From Nitrospira sp. (GTDB lineage Bacteria > Nitrospirota > Nitrospiria > Nitrospirales > Nitrospiraceae): a DNA stretch of 32,000 nt. The position numbers were made by a program, and so were the translations under genes. The stretch covers positions 1-32,000 of the forward strand of contig VOPT01000044.1 in NCBI GenBank assembly GCA_009594865.1, in the 5' to 3' direction. Positions within the stretch are counted from its first letter, which is position 1, and the number at the start of each line of letters is the position of its first letter. Shown here piece by piece: positions 1 through 8,045 of the stretch. The notes beneath the pieces are model-generated. The model did not search any database and had not been told where the DNA came from. It worked only from the letters and a program-made list of their open reading frames with translations.

Positions 1-717
1 CTCGAAGCAATTGGGTTGGCGAAGAGGAGTGAGGTTGAAGATGGAACCGTCGTGCGAATGCCCAAAGCGTACCCGGTCTACGACAATACGTATCGAGATG
101 CATTGAACGTGATTAGGGCATTCCTCGGCCGATTGGAGAATATTCAAGTGGTCGGGCGGAATGGCATGCATCGTTACAATAACCAGGATCACTCGATGTT
201 GACTGCCATGTTGGCGGTCGAGAATATGTTCGGCGCGCGTCACGATCTTTGGGAAGTCAATGCGGATCAGGAATACCATGAAGAAACGACCAGCCGAGAG
301 ATCCGCGCCAAATCACAGTTGGGGACGTTGGCGCTTACGCAACCGCAAGTTCCGGCATCCGTGCCTATAACAGCACATGCAGGACTGGTGACGGCCTTTG
401 CCCGGATGGATAAATTAGCGTTTGCCGTTGCGCTGGGTGTCGTGGCAGGTCTTGTAACCTTCACGGCTACCCTCTTTCTGGTGTTCAAGGGGGGAGAGGC
501 GGTTGGAAGAAACATGCAACTCCTTGACGAGTTTTTCCTCGGGTACACCGTATCAGTTACAGGCGCAATGGTTGGATTTGCCTACAGCTTTTTGTGGGCG
601 TTTTTGTGGGGATGGACCTTTGCCTATCTTCGGAACTTCATTTTTGCTCTGATGATTTATCGTGCCAAACGGAAAGTCGAGCTGCTCTCGTTTCGAGAAT
701 TCGTGGACCACTTCTGA
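1..717 (+). CDS. FAD-dependent oxidoreductase of the Glf/amine-oxidase-like type. This is the 3' part only; the gene starts upstream of the window. It is fused to a C-terminal two-helix membrane module.
   Basis: Frame 1 is open from base 1 (track ORF 16..717). PKAYPVYDNTYRDAL...VVGRNGMHRYNNQDHSMLTAMLAVENM parallels the C-terminus of the flavoprotein at 13854..15287 (AYPVYLQGYESRF...[24 protein letters not shown]). It also resembles the YP..GR.G.Y.Y tail I recall from UDP-galactopyranose-mutase-like enzymes. The last ~100 aa contain two hydrophobic helices. Confidence 0.7.
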   Translation, partial: LEAIGLAKRSEVEDGTVVRMPKAYPVYDNTYRDALNVIRAFLGRLENIQVVGRNGMHRYNNQDHSMLTAMLAVENMFGARHDLWEVNADQEYHEETTSREIRAKSQLGTLALTQPQVPASVPITAHAGLVTAFARMDKLAFAVALGVVAGLVTFTATLFLVFKGGEAVGRNMQLLDEFFLGYTVSVTGAMVGFAYSFLWAFLWGWTFAYLRNFIFALMIYRAKRKVELLSFREFVDHF

Positions 718-1079
718 TGTCTCATGCACCGTCTGATTCAGGAGGGATGATGGCCAGTCCCATTGACACCGAGGATGATAAGCTCTTCGGCGCTATTTTT
801 CGAATGAACAGCAACGTGTTCGGATTGGTTGCGGGGGTACTTTTCGGGTTGGCCATTTTTATAGTCACCAACTGGTTGGTGATCAAAGGCGGCCATGTAA
901 ATGCGGAGGGAGAATACGTTGTGGGCCCGCATTTACAGTTGCTAAGTCAATTCTTCATCGGATATCGAGTGTCGTTTTTGGGAAGTCTTATTGGGTTTGC
1001 CTATGGGTTTGCCGTCGGCACCATTGCGGGGGCAGCGGTAGGGTGGATTTACAACAGGATCGTCGACTTCAGAAACTGA
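717..1079 (+). CDS. Small (120 aa) two-helix membrane protein, paralogous to the C-terminal module of the upstream flavoenzyme
   Basis: ATG at 717 overlaps the upstream TGA (TGATG, 715-719). Alternative in-frame ATGs lie at 747 and 750, after GGAGGG. It shares the pattern F.RM-(TM)-KGG-VG-LQLL-FF.GY.VS..G...GFAY.F with residues ~125-205 of the upstream product. The track ORF 594..1079 is the same frame with an overlapping 5' extension. Confidence 0.65.
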   Translation: MSHAPSDSGGMMASPIDTEDDKLFGAIFRMNSNVFGLVAGVLFGLAIFIVTNWLVIKGGHVNAEGEYVVGPHLQLLSQFFIGYRVSFLGSLIGFAYGFAVGTIAGAAVGWIYNRIVDFRN

Positions 1080-1362
1080 CTGGTCGCGACTTCTCCTGAG
1101 GCGGAAGGGCACGACCCCCCCTGTCGTTGCATCTGATCTGGTTGGGGAGCGCAGTTCAAGGCGTTCATATCAGTGCCGGATGTGTGGCATGCAGCAGAAG
1201 GCCATCAAATCATCGTGGCGGCCGACGGGACATGTGGCACCCCATACTTTCGGTGTCCCGGTGGAGGGTGTCTCAGAAACAGATCTGAATTCTGTATCGG
1301 TGAAGGTTGCTAGGTTTCCCTCGTGCTCATACGCTGAAGATGATGGTGGGGAGAACCACAGG

Positions 1363-2538
1363 GTGAACATCGGTATCGACATCAGTACCTGGAACAATCG
1401 GCGCGGATTCGGCCGGTTTACCCGTGAAATTGTGCGGTCCATGGTCCAGGAAGGTAGGGGGCATGAATATCTGCTCTTTGGTGATCGTGCAACTCTGGTT
1501 GGAGCAGACAGCCTTGATCGTGGACACATCATCCGCGCGCCGACAGGGCAAGCGGTGCTCGAGGCCGCATCTGCGTCTGGGCATCGATCGCTGCGTGATA
1601 TCTGGGCCATGACGCGCGAAGTTGCAAGGCATGATGTCGATGTCATGTTTTTTCCTGCCGTCTACTCATACTTTCCTGTGCTCAACAAGACGAAAATTAT
1701 CCTGACCATCCATGACATGATTCCGGAGCTCTATCCAGAAAAGGTGTTTCCAAATGCCAGATTTCGAACGTTCTGGCGGCTGAAGCAGATGGTGGGCATC
1801 TGGCAAAGTTCCGTGGTGCTTACTGTGTCCCAACATTCAAAAGACCAAATCATGCAGCATTGTCGTCTTGCAGATGGCCAAGTGCATGTCATTTACGAAG
1901 CGGCCGGTTCTGCGTTCCATGTCATGAACGATCGCGCGGCTGTGCATGCAATCTTGCAGCGGTATGGGCTTACATCGGCGGAAAGATTTTTACTGTATGT
2001 CGGCGGTATGAGCCCTCATAAGAATCTGGCTGCGTTGATAAGAGCTTACATGGAGTTGTTAGACGACCCCGGGTTTGCCGATGTGAAGCTGGTGCTAGTT
2101 GGCGAATATCTGGCCGATGCGTTTTATTCAGACTACCCGGCTCTTAGGCAGTTGGTGCTACAAAGTCGGCTGGGAGATCGGGTGACGTTCACCGGGTATA
2201 TCGACGATGTAGATTTGGCGGGTCTCTACAATGCCACCGCGTGCTTTGTGCTTCCATCGCTGGTTGAAGGGTTTGGCCTTCCGGCCGTCGAAGCTATGGC
2301 TTGCGGGGCGGCGGTTGTGGCGAGTCGCGCCGGATCTTTGCCTGAAATTCTCGATGGAGCAGGAAGATTGTTCGACCCCGCCGACCATCGGGAGCTTGCT
2401 GCCACACTCAAGGGCGTTCTGTCGGATCAGGCGTTGCGCCAAACCATGCGCACGCGCGGTCTGGTGCGGGCGAAGCGGTTCGGGTGGCAGCAAACCGCCG
2501 AACAGCTGAACTGTTTGTGTGAAAGCCTGGTGTCGTGA
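1363..2538 (+). CDS. Glycosyltransferase family 4 (GT-B fold)
   Basis: Track ORF 1180..2538. The conserved GT4 core begins at VNIGIDISTW. The in-frame GTG at 1363 is preceded by GGGGAG, whereas the 61-aa extension from ATG 1180 has no family-like sequence. C-terminal E-x7-E motif: PSLVEGFGLPAVEAMACGAAVVAS. The start is uncertain (1180 or 1363). Confidence 0.85.
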   Translation: MNIGIDISTWNNRRGFGRFTREIVRSMVQEGRGHEYLLFGDRATLVGADSLDRGHIIRAPTGQAVLEAASASGHRSLRDIWAMTREVARHDVDVMFFPAVYSYFPVLNKTKIILTIHDMIPELYPEKVFPNARFRTFWRLKQMVGIWQSSVVLTVSQHSKDQIMQHCRLADGQVHVIYEAAGSAFHVMNDRAAVHAILQRYGLTSAERFLLYVGGMSPHKNLAALIRAYMELLDDPGFADVKLVLVGEYLADAFYSDYPALRQLVLQSRLGDRVTFTGYIDDVDLAGLYNATACFVLPSLVEGFGLPAVEAMACGAAVVASRAGSLPEILDGAGRLFDPADHRELAATLKGVLSDQALRQTMRTRGLVRAKRFGWQQTAEQLNCLCESLVS

Positions 2539-2556
2539 CAACGGCTGGAGGGAACG

Positions 2557-3798
2557 TTGAAGTTCTGTATGATCACGACCTTCTTTCCGCCCTATAATTT
2601 TGGCGGGGATGGAATATTTATTTATCGGCTCGTCAATGAACTGGCCAAACGAGGTCATCAGGTCGATGTCGTTCATTGCGAAGATGCGTATCTTTTGTTG
2701 CAGCCGAAAGGGCCGCAGGGTGATTTCCCTTGTCACGAAAACGTGCGCATACACAAATTAAGGAGTCGGTTTGGATTCCTCTCCCCGCTGCTCACCCAGC
2801 AAACTGGATCTCCCGGGTTTAAGAGTCGAGCGCTGTCGGACATCCTTGACAATAGCCACTACGACGTCATCCATTTTCACAATATGTCCTTGATCGGCAT
2901 TACGGCGCTCCGCTATGGAAGCGCCGTTAAATTGTACACCACCCACGAGCATTGGTTGGTCTGTCCCATGCATGTGTTGTGGAAGAACAATAAAGAATTG
3001 TGCGCCGAAAAAAGCTGTTTCTCTTGTACGTTGGCATGGAAGCGCCCCCCTCAGCTGTGGCGATACACAGGGTTGCTCCAACGCATGCTCAGGGAGGTCG
3101 ATCATTTTATTTCGCCCAGTCGTTTCACCAAACAGAAACATATGGCGCAGGGGTTGGATATCCCTATCACTCATATCCCCTATTTTCTTCCCCGGCGACC
3201 ATCAGCAGACTGTAGCCCGTGCGAAGCAGGCTCGGCTTCAACCGGGTCGCACGAGTTTCTGTTCGTGGGCCGGCTAGAAAAAATCAAGGGCGTGCAGGAC
3301 CTGATACCGCTGTTTCGCCGCCGTCCTACGTACCGATTATCCATCGCGGGAGACGGGACCTACGCTGCGGAATTAAAGGAAATGGCGAAGGGAATCCAGA
3401 ACATCAGGTTTTTGGGGCGATGCAGCCATGCACAGCTTTCCGCATTGTACCGGAAAGCGAATGCGGTCATTGTTCCCTCAATCTGCTACGAAGTATTCGG
3501 AATTATCATTATTGAAGCGTTCTCTTATAAGACTCCTGTGATCGTCAACAATCTCGGAGCCTTGCCTGAGGTGGTGCATGACAGTGGGGGGGGGATTGTC
3601 TATACAGGGGAAGGGGAGCTGGAGCGAGCAGTTGATACCCTGGCGCATAACCACGAACTGCGCGATCGGCTGGGCCAGCAGGGCTTCGAAGCTTATCTGA
3701 AGTATTGGACCGAGGAGTATCACTGTGAGTTGTACTTCGAGCTGATTGATCAGATTCGAAAGGCGAAGGGATTGAACCTCCCTGGAGTGGTGCGCTGA
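2557..3798 (+). CDS. Glycosyltransferase family 4 (GT-B fold)
   Basis: TTG start at 2557, 5 nt after GGAGG (2547-2551); an ATG alternative is at 2569. N-terminus FFPPYNFGGDGIFIYRLVNELAKRGHQV. C-terminus FVGRLEKIKG and the E-x7-E motif YEVFGIIIIEAFSYKTPVIV. Confidence 0.85.
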   Translation: MKFCMITTFFPPYNFGGDGIFIYRLVNELAKRGHQVDVVHCEDAYLLLQPKGPQGDFPCHENVRIHKLRSRFGFLSPLLTQQTGSPGFKSRALSDILDNSHYDVIHFHNMSLIGITALRYGSAVKLYTTHEHWLVCPMHVLWKNNKELCAEKSCFSCTLAWKRPPQLWRYTGLLQRMLREVDHFISPSRFTKQKHMAQGLDIPITHIPYFLPRRPSADCSPCEAGSASTGSHEFLFVGRLEKIKGVQDLIPLFRRRPTYRLSIAGDGTYAAELKEMAKGIQNIRFLGRCSHAQLSALYRKANAVIVPSICYEVFGIIIIEAFSYKTPVIVNNLGALPEVVHDSGGGIVYTGEGELERAVDTLAHNHELRDRLGQQGFEAYLKYWTEEYHCELYFELIDQIRKAKGLNLPGVVR

Positions 3799-3822
3799 CG
3801 GCATCCAGGGTAAGGAGGCATC

Positions 3823-4581
3823 GTGCTTGGTGATTGGACCGCAGCGATCCCGATCTTGACGTACCATTCCATCGATTCGAGTAAATCGGTGATCTCGACC
3901 GATGTGCAGCAGTTTTCCCGGCAAATGGAGTATTTGGCTGAAACGAAGACTCGAGTCCTCTCCCTGATCGAGGCCGTGTCGCTTCTAAAACAGCGGTCGA
4001 GTATTCCTTCGAATGCTGCGGTCTTGACGTTTGATGATGGGTTTCGAAACTTTTATACGTGCGCCTTTCCTATCTTACGGAAGCTGCAGTTTCCGGCAAC
4101 TGTCTTTTTGGTGACCGGCTACGCAGGAAAAGATAATCACTGGCCGGGACAATCTCCCGGCATTCCCCGATTGGAGTTGCTTGATTGGCAGGAGGCTCGG
4201 GAAGCGTCCCTGGCAGGCATCGATTTTGGCGCCCATAGCGTCACTCATCCGAATTTTGCTCATCTATCGCACGAGGACCTTACCAGGGAAATTGTCGACC
4301 CGCAGCAGATCATCTGTGGTCGGATTGGGGTCACGCCGAAAATCTTTGCGTATCCATACGGCATGTATACTCCGGTGGCGGAAGAAATCGTTGGCCGGAC
4401 TTATGAAGCTGCGTGCACGGTGGAGATGGGGTTTGCAGTTCCGGACAGCCATCCTCATCGGCTTCCACGTATTGACATGTATTACTTTTCACAAAATAAC
4501 TTGTTTCAGTGGTTTGGGAGATCTGCATTCCGCCGCTATGTCGGGATGCGAGGACTTCTGCGAAAGCTGCGGGATCAGTAA
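3823..4581 (+). CDS. Polysaccharide deacetylase (CE4 / NodB-homology domain)
   Basis: GTG start preceded by AAGGAGG (3811-3817). Motifs LTFDDGF (Asp-Asp metal/catalytic motif) and GAHSVTHP (His-x-x-x-His). Confidence 0.85.
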   Translation: MLGDWTAAIPILTYHSIDSSKSVISTDVQQFSRQMEYLAETKTRVLSLIEAVSLLKQRSSIPSNAAVLTFDDGFRNFYTCAFPILRKLQFPATVFLVTGYAGKDNHWPGQSPGIPRLELLDWQEAREASLAGIDFGAHSVTHPNFAHLSHEDLTREIVDPQQIICGRIGVTPKIFAYPYGMYTPVAEEIVGRTYEAACTVEMGFAVPDSHPHRLPRIDMYYFSQNNLFQWFGRSAFRRYVGMRGLLRKLRDQ

Positions 4582-4584
4582 ACG

Positions 4585-6315
4585 ATGGACTCGACAATCG
4601 TGCGTCATGTGCCCGTATTGATCGGCCTCGCGCTGATCTTGCTGGGCCTTACCGCTTCTCCGGGTGGAGTGATCGAATGGATGCGTGGTCCATCATTTCG
4701 AGATCTTCCGACTGAACTGATCCAGAAGTTATTGCAGGGGGCGTTGTGGTTGAAGGTCCTGCTAATTTTGTCCGGACTGGCCGTCATCGGACTGTTTAAG
4801 AGTGTGGCACACGATGCCGTTGGCACGATCGGCGAATTCAAGACAGAGCGGGTGTTGCGACCACAGATTGCTGTGCTGATCACCCTGCTCATCCTAGGCA
4901 TTCTCTTGCGAGTATACGGATTGGAGAATGGACTGTGGTACGACGAAATTACGGCATATGTGAAGTATGTACGCATGCCCATCGGCACGTTATTGACGAC
5001 CTATGATTCGGAGAATCAGCACTTTCTATACACGCTCTTTGCGCATGTGTGCATCGAATGGTTCGGCGACAGCGGCTGGGCTGTGAGAGTGCCTGCCGTG
5101 GTATTCGGTGTCGGAAGCCTTCTTGGCGTCTATCTTGTTGGACATCAACTTCTCAGTGAACGAGAGGCGCTCCTGGCGACCGCGTTGCTGGTCTTCTCCT
5201 ACCATCATATTTGGTTTAGTCAGAATGCGCGCGGTTATACAGGGGTGATGGCCTGTACCATGATGGCTACATGGGCCTTCCTTCATGGTCTGCGGGAAAA
5301 TAGTGTCGGTTGGTGGTGCGGGTACGCCGTTGCCGCGGCGGTCGGAGTTTTTGTGCATGTGACGATGGTGTTTGTGATCGCCGGCCACTTTCTCATTTAC
5401 AGCGTGCGACTTATGTCGACGGGTCAGTGGAAGCTAGGTCACGCGTGGAGAGGGATGCTGTACGGCTTCGGGCTTGCAGGACTGCTTATCTTGCAACTGC
5501 ACGCACTGGTGATGCCGCAGATATTGAGTCAAATTGGGCAAACGACGAAAGTTCAGGCGTGGAACAATCCATTCTGGACTGTGGTCGAGATGGTCAGAGG
5601 GATCCAGGTGGGAGTCAGGGGGGGCCTGCTGGTCGTGACGGCAACCTTCATCGTCTTCGGTCTCGGCGCTTGGAAAATGCTCAGGACATCCGGACTCATG
5701 CTGGCCCTTGTGCTTCTTCCGGCGATGTTGGGAATCGCAGTGGTATTGGGTATGGGACATCCGTTGTGGCCGCGGTTCTTCTTTTTTTTATCCGGTCTTG
5801 CGGCGTTGATGGTGGTTCATGGTCTCATGATCATGGCTGCGTCACTCGCTCAGATGTGTAAGTTGTCGCTCGCGAAGGGACTGGTGGTAGGAACCTCGCT
5901 GTCAACCATGGTGATCATAGGCTCAGCCATTTCTGTGCCTGCAGTGTACGCCCCCAAGCAGGATTATGCTGGCGCGCTTGGATATGTGGAGCGACACCGA
6001 CGGGCAGAAGACGCTGTTGTGGCGGTGGGGTTAGCCCGATTCCCCTACCAACAGTTCTTCGAGACGAACTGGGCTACTGCAGAAACCGTTCAGGATTTGA
6101 ATGCTATTCGAACATGGGCCGACCGAACCTGGGTGGTGATGACTATGCCGATGCATCTTGAGGCGTATGCTCCTGAGATCTGGCGCAGTCTACGGTCAGA
6201 GTTTCTTCTGCAAACCGTATTTCCCGGAACATTGGGGGATGGAGCGGTGTATGTGTATCGTGTCGACCGCAATGCCTCGCCGGCTGCGAAGGCCCAGGAG
6301 CCGTCACGCGGATGA
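4585..6315 (+). CDS. Polytopic GT-C glycosyltransferase (ArnT/PMT_2, GT39/GT83-like)
   Basis: 576 aa with more than 10 predicted TM segments. The hallmark acidic loop motif GLWYDEITAY has its Asp-Glu codons at 4942-4947. This is followed by R.PAVVFGVGSLLGVYLVG and FSQNARGY, typical of PMT_2-type lipid-carrier-dependent transferases. The gene starts 3 nt after the upstream stop. Confidence 0.7.
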   Translation: MDSTIVRHVPVLIGLALILLGLTASPGGVIEWMRGPSFRDLPTELIQKLLQGALWLKVLLILSGLAVIGLFKSVAHDAVGTIGEFKTERVLRPQIAVLITLLILGILLRVYGLENGLWYDEITAYVKYVRMPIGTLLTTYDSENQHFLYTLFAHVCIEWFGDSGWAVRVPAVVFGVGSLLGVYLVGHQLLSEREALLATALLVFSYHHIWFSQNARGYTGVMACTMMATWAFLHGLRENSVGWWCGYAVAAAVGVFVHVTMVFVIAGHFLIYSVRLMSTGQWKLGHAWRGMLYGFGLAGLLILQLHALVMPQILSQIGQTTKVQAWNNPFWTVVEMVRGIQVGVRGGLLVVTATFIVFGLGAWKMLRTSGLMLALVLLPAMLGIAVVLGMGHPLWPRFFFFLSGLAALMVVHGLMIMAASLAQMCKLSLAKGLVVGTSLSTMVIIGSAISVPAVYAPKQDYAGALGYVERHRRAEDAVVAVGLARFPYQQFFETNWATAETVQDLNAIRTWADRTWVVMTMPMHLEAYAPEIWRSLRSEFLLQTVFPGTLGDGAVYVYRVDRNASPAAKAQEPSRG

Positions 6316-7397
6316 CCGCACGCTTCACAGGGGAAAGGCCTGGCTCTGAAATGGACCATCCGGACAAAAAAACTCCCGGCCTGGAACCCCGCTCGGAGGG
6401 AAAGGGCATTTCCGTGGTCGTCCCGGCGTTCAATGAAGAGGCCTCGGTGGGCGCTGAGGTCGAGGCAATTAGCCGAGTTCTAAGCCGTAGCGACACCTCG
6501 TTTGAGATTATTGTCGTTGATGATGCATCTACCGACCGGACTTCACGTATCGCTATGTTAGGAGGCGCCCGGGTATTCAGACATGCGGAGAATCGGGGGT
6601 ACGGTGCTGCCATCAAGACGGGGATTCGTGGTGCACGATATGACACGATTGTCATCACCGATGCGGACGGAACGTATCCGGCCGACCAGATCCCGCAGCT
6701 GATCGAAAAATTGGAAACAGCTGACATGGTGGTGGGAGCAAGAATAGGAAAGGAAGTCCATATCCCATTGGTCCGCCGTCCGGCTAAATGGTTGCTGGGG
6801 CGGCTGGCTCAGCATATCGCCGGATGTCCCATCCCAGATTTAAACTCTGGACTGCGCGCGTTCCGACGGCAGGTCATGGAGCCATACTTCCCCATGCTCT
6901 CCAATCGGTTTTCGTTTACTACGACCTCGACGCTGGCCCTGTTGGGTGATGACTTTCAGGTGGTGTACCACACCATCAATTATTATCCACGCATTGGCGT
7001 GTCGAAAATTCGGCCTCACCATTTCATGGACTTCGTCATCTTGGTGTTGCGTATGGCGATGCTGTTTCAGCCACTGAAGGTATTTGTGCCGCTGGCTGCG
7101 GCATCGATCGCGGTTGGCGTAATGAAGTCTATCTTCGACATTCTGCTGGTTATGGAGAGAGTGGCAACATTTGGATGGGCCACGTTCTATCAGCCTGTCC
7201 TGTCAACTTCCGCGCTGTTGCTGTTCCTTGCAGGGTTGCAGTTTCTCGCTATCGGAATGGTAGCTGACGGTGTCATTCGCAGGTTGTCTTTTCAGTCGAA
7301 AGGCCTCGGTCAAGCTCATGCGACCAAAGTATGGGAACTGTCGCATGACAAAAGCGACGAAACGCAGATCGTGGGATCCGAACAGAAGCATCGCTAG
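6312..7397 (+). CDS. GT2 polyprenyl-phosphate sugar synthase-type glycosyltransferase (DPM1/GtrB/ArnC-like) with C-terminal TM helices
   Basis: ATGA overlap with the upstream stop; an alternative ATG is at 6351. Motifs ISVVVPAFNEE, EIIVVDDASTD, GYGAAIKTG, VITDADGTYP. Two or three hydrophobic helices lie at the C-terminus. Confidence 0.8.
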   Translation: MTARFTGERPGSEMDHPDKKTPGLEPRSEGKGISVVVPAFNEEASVGAEVEAISRVLSRSDTSFEIIVVDDASTDRTSRIAMLGGARVFRHAENRGYGAAIKTGIRGARYDTIVITDADGTYPADQIPQLIEKLETADMVVGARIGKEVHIPLVRRPAKWLLGRLAQHIAGCPIPDLNSGLRAFRRQVMEPYFPMLSNRFSFTTTSTLALLGDDFQVVYHTINYYPRIGVSKIRPHHFMDFVILVLRMAMLFQPLKVFVPLAAASIAVGVMKSIFDILLVMERVATFGWATFYQPVLSTSALLLFLAGLQFLAIGMVADGVIRRLSFQSKGLGQAHATKVWELSHDKSDETQIVGSEQKHR

Positions 7398-7433
7398 GAG
7401 CGCACCGAGGGGCTTTTGGGAAGGATGTGAAGG

Positions 7434-8003
7434 ATGGATCCATATCGGGTAATCCTGGCCGCAGGGCTTCTGGGGCATAAAGTGGTTTGGGAGGTGCTGC
7501 GTCCGCGTGCGGCCGAGCAGCGAGCGAGTGCGCTCGCGCGTTCTCTCACGGTGGTCTTCATCAAGGCTGTGAAGTTGTGTGTGTTAGGGTTTCTGGTTAT
7601 CCAGACTTTATTTCTTGAGATTATGCCCATAACAAACGACCCGTCGAGCCTACGGGTCATCGGCATGGGTCTATTTGGAGCTGGTCTGGGGATAGCGGTA
7701 CTGGGCCGTATTCAGTTAGGCGACAATTGGGTGGATCTTGAGGAGTATCAGGTCGTGCCCGGTCAGGCCTTGGTGACCAAGGGCCTCTATGAATACATTC
7801 GGCATCCGATTTATGCAGGGGATATTCTGCTTCTCGTAGGGCTCCAACTCGCATTAAATTCTTGGCTGGTTCTAGCCGCGATCATTCCGGCGATTGTGGC
7901 ATTCCGGAATGTTCAGGCTGAGGAAAGAATTTTAATACGAGCGTTTCCGGAATATGCGGAGTACTGTCGACGGACGAGGCGGTTTGTTCCGTTCGTCTTC
8001 TAA
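7434..8003 (+). CDS. Integral-membrane methyltransferase of the ICMT / phospholipid methyltransferase (PEMT) family
   Basis: 189 aa with ~4 TM segments. C-terminal signature LVTKGLYEYIRHPIYAGDILLLVG ... EERILIRAFPEYAEYCRRTRRFVPF. Confidence 0.75.
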   Translation: MDPYRVILAAGLLGHKVVWEVLRPRAAEQRASALARSLTVVFIKAVKLCVLGFLVIQTLFLEIMPITNDPSSLRVIGMGLFGAGLGIAVLGRIQLGDNWVDLEEYQVVPGQALVTKGLYEYIRHPIYAGDILLLVGLQLALNSWLVLAAIIPAIVAFRNVQAEERILIRAFPEYAEYCRRTRRFVPFVF

Positions 8004-8045
8004 GGTAGTTGCCCTGGCCATGGTAGCTGAATCTTCGGTGCATGC

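Noticed and set aside
1180-1362. 61-aa N-terminal extension of the first GT4 from ATG 1180
   Set aside because: GT4 homology starts at VNIGIDIS, right after the in-frame GTG 1363 with an upstream GGGGAG, and the extension has no family-like sequence. I kept it as an alternative start because I cannot exclude it without alignments.
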